Below, in pieces: positions 37,399-45,617 of a stretch of DNA of 64,000 nucleotides (position 1 is the first letter of the stretch; the number at the start of each line of letters is the position of its first letter). The notes under the pieces were generated by a model, which was not told the DNA's origin, ran no database searches, and saw nothing but the letters and a program-made list of their open reading frames with translations. A program made the translations under genes and the position numbers. This stretch comes from a virus (lineage: Duplodnaviria; Caudoviricetes): IMG/VR virus record IMGVR_UViG_3300042268_000564; one strand, given 5' to 3'.

Positions 37399-39753
37399 AT
37401 GCTAACACCACAACAAATACTTGAGAAAATGTTGGAATGTGTTGCGTCTTTCGACGGGGCGCATACTGAAGAGTCTTTAGACCGAGCGATATTAAGAGCT
37501 GAGGCTAATTCTCTTTTTAGAATCCTGAGAGTTATTGAAGAAAGTTCAGGGCAGAGATTTGCAGTAACTGCGTCGGGGAAATATCTTGACCTTATCGGGC
37601 AAAGCATGTCACGGCCTAGATACGCTGGTGAATCTGATGATGATTATCGTGCGAGACTTGTGTTTAATGAGCGATTCTGGAATGATGTCACCGTAGCAGG
37701 CATCAAGGAAATGATAAAAAATTACTATGGTATCGACCTTGATAATGATGAATATGAAGAAACTAGACTTGTAGAGCTGTATCGTTCAGCCGCAGCCTTC
37801 CTTAGCGATGAAGAAGAGTGTGAAATAAAGCCTTGGGGTGAATTTGGTGCAGAATGGTTGGGTGCCAATACATTGCCCGGTGCGTTTGAAGTGCATTTGA
37901 GATGTTTTCAAGACGGCGAAGAAAAGCTCATTAAGAAACGCCATGTAAAAGAAAAGCTTATGCAGGTGCGAGCCGCAGGTATTGTGGTTTTGCTTTATTT
38001 TCATATAAGTTTTGGTGCCGACGCTATGATGCCGCCAGAAGGTGGGATAAGCGAGCTTGAATTAATTCAAAAAGAGACAGTGCCAATCCCTGAAGTTGAC
38101 CATGAATTCGAAGTCGAGATAACGAATAACGAGATTTCGTCTATTGTTGAGAGTGCTACTGATAAATTAAGAGGTTTAGTGTCTCGTAGAATTGTTCATA
38201 TCGACCAGAAAAATAAATGTCGTCCTGATTATCAGGAAGAATTTAATAGAATCACGACACCTCTTGAAATGGCGAAGTTTAATGCAGGGGAAGGTATGAG
38301 ACGTGCTGAACCTTTCAGATTTCGACAAAGTCGTTTAAGAAATTCTTGCTGGCGTTTTTATTATGGGACGAAATATGAAGAAATGGATATCACTGCCGCT
38401 TCTTTAACTCTGTCATTGGCATGGAATAAGCCTTCTACTTTCTATCCTCAGCAATATAAGGTTTATTATGATGAGGGGGGCAAAACGCTTGACGGGACAG
38501 GCTTATATTTAAACGGTGAAAGAGTAGACTCCCCTTTTACTGTTTCTGCTGCGATGCTTCAAGACCAAGACCAGCCAGCAATAGTTTTAACAAATGCCTC
38601 TTTGTCGGGGCTTTATTATTTTGAGATTGCTGCGATTATGCCGAATGGTGACGAACTGAAGCCATTGAATTCAGCATATTCTACATATAATGCAGGGATT
38701 CACACTTATTACACAAGACCGAATCCTATGGTAGATGCAACGCATCATTATCGTGGGGATGATACCTACGGGGTAGATTTTTATTCATTGATGGAATATT
38801 GTAATTTCTGGTGGCGTGTTTCATCTGTAGAGAATGGAACAGTATCAGCTACCTCATTGCCTTGGAAATTAACCGTTTACAAGACACAGGAGCCTATCAG
38901 TAGATTCTGGTGGCGTGTAACAACTGTCGATGGACAGGTCTTGAGCGCACCTTCAAAAGCGGCATTATTAAAGCTTGTCGGACAATCGAATATGGCGGAA
39001 CCCTCTCGTCAGGATTTGATGCAGGTTGTAAGGTGGGGTGCGTATGCCAATAACATAAATTTGCCCTCAATTGCTCAGTCGGATTCACAGTTGACGATAA
39101 TGGAGAGATTTGATTCAAGTTACAATAACTTTTCCAGATTGGATATTTTGTCCCTGAAAACAAGTAGGACACCAGCCCGATTGATTTTAGCGAAATTGCC
39201 AGTTTGTGGTGCAAGACAAGATGACCCAATACTGCAACAAATAGATGCCGCTGATAAAGGCGTCGCCGTTGCTGGTTACATTCCTTTTAATTGGCAGTCT
39301 GTGTTTGTTAAAGATAAGTTCCGTCAGCTTATGGATAAAATAGTCTCGGCAGGATATGACGGTGTTTTGCTTGACGGGCTGTGGTTAAATGATGTTTTTG
39401 GCGATGAAATATCAGCCGTGGAATTGGTTAAAGAGATAATTAATTACTTCAGGGTGATTAAATCGAAGCCATTGTTTTATGTTCTAATAAGAGGGCAGGA
39501 ACATTGGGTGGCACATTATGACCTGTTTAATTCATTGTCGGGGGTTCTTTCCGAGAATCTATTTTATGTTGGTGATGTTGAACAGCCAGCGGCAGTTACG
39601 CAAGATAAAGTGGGGTATTTGAATGTGTTTCACACAAATGGAAAAAGAGTGTTTGTGATTGATTATGTAGTGGATTCAGGGTTGCAGATTCTGTTCAAAC
39701 AAAAATGCGCAGCTCTTGGCTACGCATCTTTTATTACTGGTCAGAATTGGTAA
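37399..39753 (+). CDS. Baseplate wedge (gpI-like) protein fused to a C-terminal GH114/TM1410-like glycoside hydrolase domain
   Basis: N-terminal ASGKYLDLIG..RYAGESDDDYRARL and VRAAGI; C-terminal DKIVSAGYDGVLLD, GVLSENLFY, GKRVFVIDY, GYASF. Confidence 0.7.
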   Translation: MLTPQQILEKMLECVASFDGAHTEESLDRAILRAEANSLFRILRVIEESSGQRFAVTASGKYLDLIGQSMSRPRYAGESDDDYRARLVFNERFWNDVTVAGIKEMIKNYYGIDLDNDEYEETRLVELYRSAAAFLSDEEECEIKPWGEFGAEWLGANTLPGAFEVHLRCFQDGEEKLIKKRHVKEKLMQVRAAGIVVLLYFHISFGADAMMPPEGGISELELIQKETVPIPEVDHEFEVEITNNEISSIVESATDKLRGLVSRRIVHIDQKNKCRPDYQEEFNRITTPLEMAKFNAGEGMRRAEPFRFRQSRLRNSCWRFYYGTKYEEMDITAASLTLSLAWNKPSTFYPQQYKVYYDEGGKTLDGTGLYLNGERVDSPFTVSAAMLQDQDQPAIVLTNASLSGLYYFEIAAIMPNGDELKPLNSAYSTYNAGIHTYYTRPNPMVDATHHYRGDDTYGVDFYSLMEYCNFWWRVSSVENGTVSATSLPWKLTVYKTQEPISRFWWRVTTVDGQVLSAPSKAALLKLVGQSNMAEPSRQDLMQVVRWGAYANNINLPSIAQSDSQLTIMERFDSSYNNFSRLDILSLKTSRTPARLILAKLPVCGARQDDPILQQIDAADKGVAVAGYIPFNWQSVFVKDKFRQLMDKIVSAGYDGVLLDGLWLNDVFGDEISAVELVKEIINYFRVIKSKPLFYVLIRGQEHWVAHYDLFNSLSGVLSENLFYVGDVEQPAAVTQDKVGYLNVFHTNGKRVFVIDYVVDSGLQILFKQKCAALGYASFITGQNW

Positions 39754-40059
39754 TTAACGACCGAAGTTCTGTCTTTCTTCAACTTCTCGCTCACCGTTAA
39801 TGCGAGCTGCTGCACTGCCACCGTTTTCAAGTCACACTTCGTAGTCGGCTTCAGCCTTAGCTTCCCAGTAGAGGTCTGCTGGATACCAGAAAGAAAGGTC
39901 TATCATGCCAGTTTCAGCTACTTTATTTTCGAGCCAAACAGCCTGTTTCAAAGTAAGAGGTTTATGAATATATATTAAAATGTCGCCATCTACTTCAACA
40001 TACACATTGGTATTGTCCCTGCTAACGCTTGTTATAGGTCTCATCGCGGCTACGTTCAT
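39754..40059 (-). CDS. Small antisense gene: 75 aa to TGA at 39832, 101 aa if the TGA is read through
   Basis: RBS aaggag and a perfect sigma70 promoter upstream; the frame stays open after the TGA up to a TAA that abuts the neighbouring gene's stop. Confidence 0.7.
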
Positions 40060-40093
40060 ATTCGGTCTCCTTTGTTTTTTTCTTTATACTCTT

Positions 40094-40121
40094 ATTATAA
40101 TCAAATATAAAAAAGTGTCAA
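40094..40121 (-). promoter_or_regulatory. Consensus sigma70/sigmaA promoter
   Basis: Minus strand TTGACA-16 nt-TATAAT. Confidence 0.85.
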
Positions 40122-40139
40122 GTGTTTTTGAAAAAAAGT

Positions 40140-40182
40140 GATGCCCTCTACCATGTAAAGTATTTGAGAAATGGAGGGCATT
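40140..40182 (+). promoter_or_regulatory. RBS-sequestering hairpin upstream of homing endonuclease
   Basis: atgccctcta (40141-40150) pairs with tggagggcat (40172-40181), covering GGAGG just before ATG 40183. Confidence 0.7.
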
Positions 40183-40977
40183 ATGTTCAACTTGGATAAC
40201 AGTGTTCATTCTTACATGTATGGTTTTTTTAGTGCTGATGGTAATTTGTATGAAATGTCGAGAAATAGGGGTAGATTTTCGATTGAATTGTCTGTTGTTG
40301 ATGTAGAAATTTTGGAAAGATTCAAGGTGGTGTTGGAGGGAATTGGTTATACAGTTAGTCTAACGAGTCGGACTCGGAACACTAATTTTAAAAAAAATTA
40401 TTGTAGTAGCGTTTTGAGATTACATTCGTTTGATTTTCGTCAATGTTTGAAAAGATTGGGATATATTGCAGGAAACAAAGCAGGCATGTCGCTACCGGCG
40501 GGAGATTATTCTATAAGGGATTATCTGAGAGGGTATTTTGACGCTAATGGGTCGGTTGGTTTTACAGCCAAAGGCTTTCCTTTTATTTGTCTCGGCACGC
40601 CAAATGAAAATGTTGCGAATCTATGGAAGGAGTATGCTGGTAAAATTACTGGCTATTATAGCTCTGTTAAAAGAAACGCAAGGGATGGTTACTACAATAT
40701 TATGTTTAACAAAGAACGGGCGCAAGAGGTAATAAAAAATCTTTATACAGAGGATTGTATTTGTCTCAGACGAAAGAAGATTGTTGCTGAACAGGTTTTG
40801 TTGTGGCAACGTCCCGACAATATGCGCAAACACGTTCGGCAGGTTTGGGAAGCGTGGGAAGATGATTATGTATTGTCGCATTCCATAAAAGATAGTGTTG
40901 AAAAATTACAGAGGTCGTATTCGAGTATTGTATCAAGACGTGGAGTTTTAAAAAAGCTGAATAAAGTATTAGGTTAG
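40183..40977 (+). CDS. Free-standing LAGLIDADG homing endonuclease (two motifs)
   Basis: SYMYGFFSADGN and DYLRGYFDANGS motifs, with an HTH-like tail (WEAWEDDYVL...LQRSYSSIVSRR). Start moved from 40171 to the ATG after ggagg. Confidence 0.88.
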   Translation: MFNLDNSVHSYMYGFFSADGNLYEMSRNRGRFSIELSVVDVEILERFKVVLEGIGYTVSLTSRTRNTNFKKNYCSSVLRLHSFDFRQCLKRLGYIAGNKAGMSLPAGDYSIRDYLRGYFDANGSVGFTAKGFPFICLGTPNENVANLWKEYAGKITGYYSSVKRNARDGYYNIMFNKERAQEVIKNLYTEDCICLRRKKIVAEQVLLWQRPDNMRKHVRQVWEAWEDDYVLSHSIKDSVEKLQRSYSSIVSRRGVLKKLNKVLG

Positions 40978-40999
40978 AAACCTTTTGGAGGCTATTCCG

Positions 41000-41875
41000 A
41001 TGATAAAAATAAATCCCGCAAAAGCGATTTTAATTCCTGTTGGCATGGATGACCAGATTGTCTCTGGCATTCAATTTGTTGTTGACCCGAACGGTAATAA
41101 TTTAACCGTTACACCGGGCAGGGTTCGTATAAATTCACTTTATATGGACATGGCGATAGCAATTGAAACCAATTTATCTGCGGCACCTACAGGTGTGAGT
41201 TTGATGGCATTAACACAGAGCCTGAATTTGACTTTTATTGATGATAACAATTTTTCAGACAAGTTGGTTATTGGTGTTATCGATAAAAAACCTTCACTCA
41301 CTCTTATAACGCCTGTAGTTTATACTGAGTCGTCTATTGGGACTCAGGTGCCGCCAAGCAGTATCGTTGATGTTTTTGACCCAAGCATTAGTGCTGACAT
41401 CCAAATAAGGATGTTGTTTGACGAATTGGCAATCAATAAGACAAAGGACGCTGACCTTAAATATGAAGAAATGCTTGAAGCACTTCCTGTTGAATACAAC
41501 GCCGTATTCAAAGAAACTTTTGCTAATACGGTAAATTTTGTTGACAACACATTGACTTACAATGCTTATACCAGAACGATGTCGTTGGGTATTATCCCAC
41601 CTTATCCTACAGATATGCGTGTTTTGACTGAGAAAGTTGTTCTCTCAAATTCAATCAGTAAAGCGTATATTTCAGTTGATAAAATCAATAATGACCAGAC
41701 TTGCAATATTCGTCTTTCTTTTGACAATGGTGCAACTTGGGTGCCTTATGTAGAAGAAGGTGAATATATGGCAGGTGCAGGTGCTGATTTCATGATTGAA
41801 ATTTCTATGCGAACTGCAAATAGAAATGTTACCCCACTCCTCCGTTCTTGGGCAGTATTTTATCAGCAACTTTAA
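41000..41875 (+). CDS. Putative baseplate/tail fibre attachment protein
   Basis: LTVTPGRVRIN N-terminus and LSFDNGATW...TPLLRSW C-terminus resemble tail/baseplate proteins. Start refined to the ATG after ggagg (track 40985). Confidence 0.5.
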   Translation: MIKINPAKAILIPVGMDDQIVSGIQFVVDPNGNNLTVTPGRVRINSLYMDMAIAIETNLSAAPTGVSLMALTQSLNLTFIDDNNFSDKLVIGVIDKKPSLTLITPVVYTESSIGTQVPPSSIVDVFDPSISADIQIRMLFDELAINKTKDADLKYEEMLEALPVEYNAVFKETFANTVNFVDNTLTYNAYTRTMSLGIIPPYPTDMRVLTEKVVLSNSISKAYISVDKINNDQTCNIRLSFDNGATWVPYVEEGEYMAGAGADFMIEISMRTANRNVTPLLRSWAVFYQQL

Positions 41876-41896
41876 TTGAAGGGACGGTGAAATGGC

Positions 41897-43480
41897 ATGG
41901 CTGACAGTTTTACGCTAAAGGATAGTTTAGCTACCAGAAAGTATGAGATTACAAATGTAGTCAGGATACTTCAACCGCTGACAGAGTCGTCGCTTGGCGT
42001 ATTGTTGTCTGTAGAAGACGCTCGTGCCATTTTAAGTGACAGGCTTGCTGCTTTGTCCGGTCAGGTTGATGTAAATACTCTTGATATTGCACAAATTACT
42101 GACAGGCTTTTGGAAGCAGTTAATGTACTTACAGGAAACAATTTTTCTATCGCCGATTTAAGGGATGGCACTCTTCCTGTGTCAGCAGTATTGGATGCGA
42201 TTCAATCTGTGACCAAAGACAAAAAGTTGGTTATCTATCCTCGTTTTGAACTTGGAAATATCGCTGGTCAAGCTACTGGCAGCATCATTTTAACACCTGA
42301 AGAATTGGCCAAATATGATTCTTTAAGTTGGGCTGATGAACAATATGGGGGGCTTGATGCCCCCTATAATGTCGCTATTCCAACATTGGCGTCATTGGCT
42401 TATTCAGATGAGACTGCTGTTGATTTGTTGTATGCAGACAAGACCCCTGTTTTTAATGATGACAATGACAGGTTGCTTGGTTTTGTTTCTGGATTTACTG
42501 GCGGGAATGTAATTAATATTACTTGGGGTAAAATGATTGCAGGGAGTTTTGTGCCAGAAGCTATCCCTGCATCAGTAACTGACGAGGTTACTGCCATTGT
42601 GCCGATGAAGACCAATTTGTCGGTTTTGCCAGTGACAAGCCTGTCTTTGACGAAGCTAGATAATTTTGGCGTTAATCAGCAAGATGAGCTTGAAAATGTT
42701 CAGTTGGTTTTGGCAAATAATGGTTTAACTACTTCGACAGAGCTTGGTGGGGTTTTGGGGCTTGCAAATGTTACGGTAACTGATTTTCTTTCTGCGACTG
42801 CTTCTGCATTATTCCCCACAGGGTTTAATAATGTTATTTCTGCTATTTCTGCGATTGTTGTTCAGTTGCAGAATATTTTGGCACAACAAGCATCAACGGA
42901 AGATGTTTGGCCGTATGTGGGGCAAGTAGAAGAAGATGCCTTGGTCAGTGCTGTGCATGGAATACTTATGTCGCTCACAGATAATTATACGGCTGCTCTT
43001 GTTGATTCGTTCAGGACAGATGAGAATCTTTATGTTGGTGCTGATAAAGCCGATGTAGATATAAAGAAGTCTGTCTTAAAGCATGGCGATGAAGGCATGT
43101 TAAAGACTTATTATTTGCAGCAAGTGAATGATGATGTTGCTGGCAAAACAAGTGTTATTTTTAAGATTCAGCTTTCAGAGCCAGAGGTTGGCAACCAAGA
43201 CTATGAAATAGGTGCCATTTTGGAGATTAAGGGGGGACGATATGGCACAGGAGTTTCATATAATCTAGTGCAATTTACTTCCCCTTTGCCGTCTCAGACT
43301 GAATTGCAGGAATTGGTAGAATATGACCTCACAGCATTGCCTCATAACCCTATGGGTGACACTCCATTAGACCCTATTGTTGACGTTGGCGAAACTATGT
43401 GGTTAAGGCTTGTTATTAAGATGGACTCTGCGGGTGTAGAATTTACTCCTATTATTAGAAATTATCAACTTTTTGTGTGA
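41897..43480 (+). CDS. Putative virion structural (tail/fibre) protein
   Basis: Acidic 527 aa with coiled-coil segments; C-terminal WLRLVIKM...TPIIRNY resembles the preceding gene's C-terminus. Confidence 0.5.
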   Translation: MADSFTLKDSLATRKYEITNVVRILQPLTESSLGVLLSVEDARAILSDRLAALSGQVDVNTLDIAQITDRLLEAVNVLTGNNFSIADLRDGTLPVSAVLDAIQSVTKDKKLVIYPRFELGNIAGQATGSIILTPEELAKYDSLSWADEQYGGLDAPYNVAIPTLASLAYSDETAVDLLYADKTPVFNDDNDRLLGFVSGFTGGNVINITWGKMIAGSFVPEAIPASVTDEVTAIVPMKTNLSVLPVTSLSLTKLDNFGVNQQDELENVQLVLANNGLTTSTELGGVLGLANVTVTDFLSATASALFPTGFNNVISAISAIVVQLQNILAQQASTEDVWPYVGQVEEDALVSAVHGILMSLTDNYTAALVDSFRTDENLYVGADKADVDIKKSVLKHGDEGMLKTYYLQQVNDDVAGKTSVIFKIQLSEPEVGNQDYEIGAILEIKGGRYGTGVSYNLVQFTSPLPSQTELQELVEYDLTALPHNPMGDTPLDPIVDVGETMWLRLVIKMDSAGVEFTPIIRNYQLFV

Positions 43481-43490
43481 GGGAACTGCG

Positions 43491-43955
43491 ATGTCGCCGA
43501 CTAAGAAAACAACAAGAGATGAAATAACAGCCCTTGTGGGTAAAATTTTACAGCAACATAATCAAGTTGAGCGCAATCGTATTTTAGAAATGTTACTTGA
43601 ACTCGATAGAGACAAGACGCAAGCTCGGCTCGAAATGGAAATTCTTAAAAATGAACTTAATCAGGCGATTCATAGTCTTGAGATGCGCAGGACGAGTCAG
43701 GTGGATGATAAACAAAAAGATTGTCAGGAAACGATGCGAGAGAGATTTGCCGTCATAGATAGTAATATAGAAAGGATGCGTCCTAACTATATCGCAGTAT
43801 TAGGGCTTTTATTTTCTGTGTTATTGCCTTTTTTGGGCTGGGTTTATTCCATTCAGGCGGCTGTATGGGAGACTAAGGTTTCTGTTGCGAGTGTACGACA
43901 AGAGGTTACAGAGATTAAAGATAAGGCAAGGCTGTTGAAAAAGGACGATAAATAA
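43491..43955 (+). CDS. Single-pass membrane coiled-coil protein (holin-like or signalling partner)
   Basis: Long N-terminal coiled coil, one hydrophobic helix YIAVLGLLFSVLLPFLGWVYSI and a short C-terminal coil; start after gaggg RBS (track 43473). Confidence 0.6.
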   Translation: MSPTKKTTRDEITALVGKILQQHNQVERNRILEMLLELDRDKTQARLEMEILKNELNQAIHSLEMRRTSQVDDKQKDCQETMRERFAVIDSNIERMRPNYIAVLGLLFSVLLPFLGWVYSIQAAVWETKVSVASVRQEVTEIKDKARLLKKDDK

Positions 43956-43969
43956 GCGGGTGATTTAAT

Positions 43970-44473
43970 ATGTGGAAGTTGTTTCAACATGATAAAAGAG
44001 AGCTTGACGACATGGGCTTTCGTTTCGCAAGACGAGTGCTTGCGGGGAAAAAGATTGTTATTGCTGACGACCACGGCAGCACTCTAAAGTGGCTTAAATA
44101 TACGCTTGAAGCATATTTTGCAGAAGTGTTTGTGTTTAAGCATGGGCAAGAAACGATTGACTTTCTCCAGAAAGCTAATAATGATAACGTGCCAGCAGAT
44201 GCGTTGATTTTAGATATTCACATGAACTCTATTGGTGGGTTGGAAATAGCGAGATTTAATTCAACTATGGCTCACCCTGCTTTTGCAATGTTTTTAACTG
44301 GTTGTAGGGAAGATAGTGAGGAGTATAAAAAGGCTGAAACAATGTCTGTCGTTTTACAAAAGCCTGTCGATATGGAAAAGATTCTGCAAGTGCTTTTGCA
44401 TGGCTTAGTCTCAGATTTTGATTTAGAGTATGAAGCATATGCAGAAGAACAAAAAAAAGCGTCTGTTGCCTAA
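43970..44473 (+). CDS. Stand-alone response regulator receiver (CheY-like) protein
   Basis: IVIADD acidic pocket, LILDIHM phosphoacceptor Asp, GGLE, FLTG and LQKP; no output domain. Confidence 0.92.
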   Translation: MWKLFQHDKRELDDMGFRFARRVLAGKKIVIADDHGSTLKWLKYTLEAYFAEVFVFKHGQETIDFLQKANNDNVPADALILDIHMNSIGGLEIARFNSTMAHPAFAMFLTGCREDSEEYKKAETMSVVLQKPVDMEKILQVLLHGLVSDFDLEYEAYAEEQKKASVA

Positions 44474-45617
44474 GCTAAAGGTGCAGAAAAACAAGAGTCA
44501 AAGAAAAGTGCCTGATGATATTTTAAGCCTGTTGTGCGATGGCTTCTCTCTTAATATTCTGATAGCAGAGCCAAATGGGAATATTTTGTATAAAAGTAAG
44601 CAGGTTGGGCAATTAGGATTTAAAGGCTCTTTATATCAAGATATAGACGAGTCGTGTGTTCCAGTTATTAGAGCTTGTATGGAGGGTTTGACTCACATGG
44701 ATGAGTGTGTGGGCAAGCTTAATTTAATGCTTGATGACGAACTTATAACACATGAGGCACAGTTTCTAAAACGAAATGGACTGGTTTATATTTTTCTCAA
44801 GCCAAAAGCTTTCAAAGAAGCTATTTCGTCAGAAACAATCCAAGAAAAGTTAGCGTCAATGATTCGTCTTTCTAATGGCATCGCCCATAATTTAAGAAGC
44901 CCGTTAATGACATTGATGAATATTGCAGATTACATGTCACTTTTTCTTAATAAGTGGCATGAGATGTATAATCATGACCATAAAAATTGTCCTTTTTTGA
45001 TTAAGCAGGCTGAGATGAATAGTATTTTGTTGCAAATGCAAGAGGATATGATGTCAAATATCGTAATGATGTCTGATATTATTAATTCTTTGAAAATCTA
45101 TGGCAAGACTGACCGTTTGAATGAATATCAGACGATTGATATTGTTGATTTGATTGGTAATGTTTCAAAGATGGTTGAATACAATGCTAAAGTAGAAGTA
45201 GAGATAAAAATTAAGTGCAACCTGAGAGGCAACAGGCAGTTGTATTGTATTCCCTCGGACATGCAGGTCGTATTTGTTAATTTATTTGAAAATGCGATAG
45301 ACCAAATTCAAACTAGCCGTAAAGATGGGATTATAGAGATAACGGTTACTCATCACAAAGATTCTATTCAGATAAAAATGCGAGATAATGGCGGGGGGAT
45401 TCCTAAAGACCTTTTAACTACGAACCAACTTTTTGAGCCTTTTGCCACGAAAAAGATTGGTGGCACAGGATTGGGACTTCACTCTTGTTTTAAAATTATT
45501 AAAGAGCATAGAGGTAATATTTACGCAAGAAATCATAAGGCAAAAATGGGCGCAGGTGCAGAATTTTTGATTGTATTGCCGATAGATTGGAGACGTCATA
45601 ATGATAGGGTTAGATAG
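44430..45617 (+). CDS. Cytoplasmic sensor histidine kinase (possible PAS + HisKA + HATPase)
   Basis: H box GIAHNLRSPL, N box VNLFENAID, G1 DNGGGIP, F box LFEPFATKK, G2 GTGLGL, GAEFLIVLP; ILIAEPNGNILY suggests a PAS-like start; no TM helix. Confidence 0.93.
   Translation: MKHMQKNKKKRLLPKLKVQKNKSQRKVPDDILSLLCDGFSLNILIAEPNGNILYKSKQVGQLGFKGSLYQDIDESCVPVIRACMEGLTHMDECVGKLNLMLDDELITHEAQFLKRNGLVYIFLKPKAFKEAISSETIQEKLASMIRLSNGIAHNLRSPLMTLMNIADYMSLFLNKWHEMYNHDHKNCPFLIKQAEMNSILLQMQEDMMSNIVMMSDIINSLKIYGKTDRLNEYQTIDIVDLIGNVSKMVEYNAKVEVEIKIKCNLRGNRQLYCIPSDMQVVFVNLFENAIDQIQTSRKDGIIEITVTHHKDSIQIKMRDNGGGIPKDLLTTNQLFEPFATKKIGGTGLGLHSCFKIIKEHRGNIYARNHKAKMGAGAEFLIVLPIDWRRHNDRVR

Noticed and set aside
35535-37600. 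DNA and protein repeat TASGKYLDL.G in baseplate J and the next gene
   Set aside because: Expected similarity between J-like and I-like wedge N-termini; not novel.
12336-39753. Extracellular contractile injection system or tailocin, suggested by the two sheaths
   Set aside because: Portal, protease, capsid and neck genes are contiguous with the tail genes, indicating a complete phage.
40060-41000. Group I intron or intein hosting the LAGLIDADG ORF
   Set aside because: No interrupted host gene, flanks too short for an intron core, and the ORF has its own RBS and stop with no intein splice residues.
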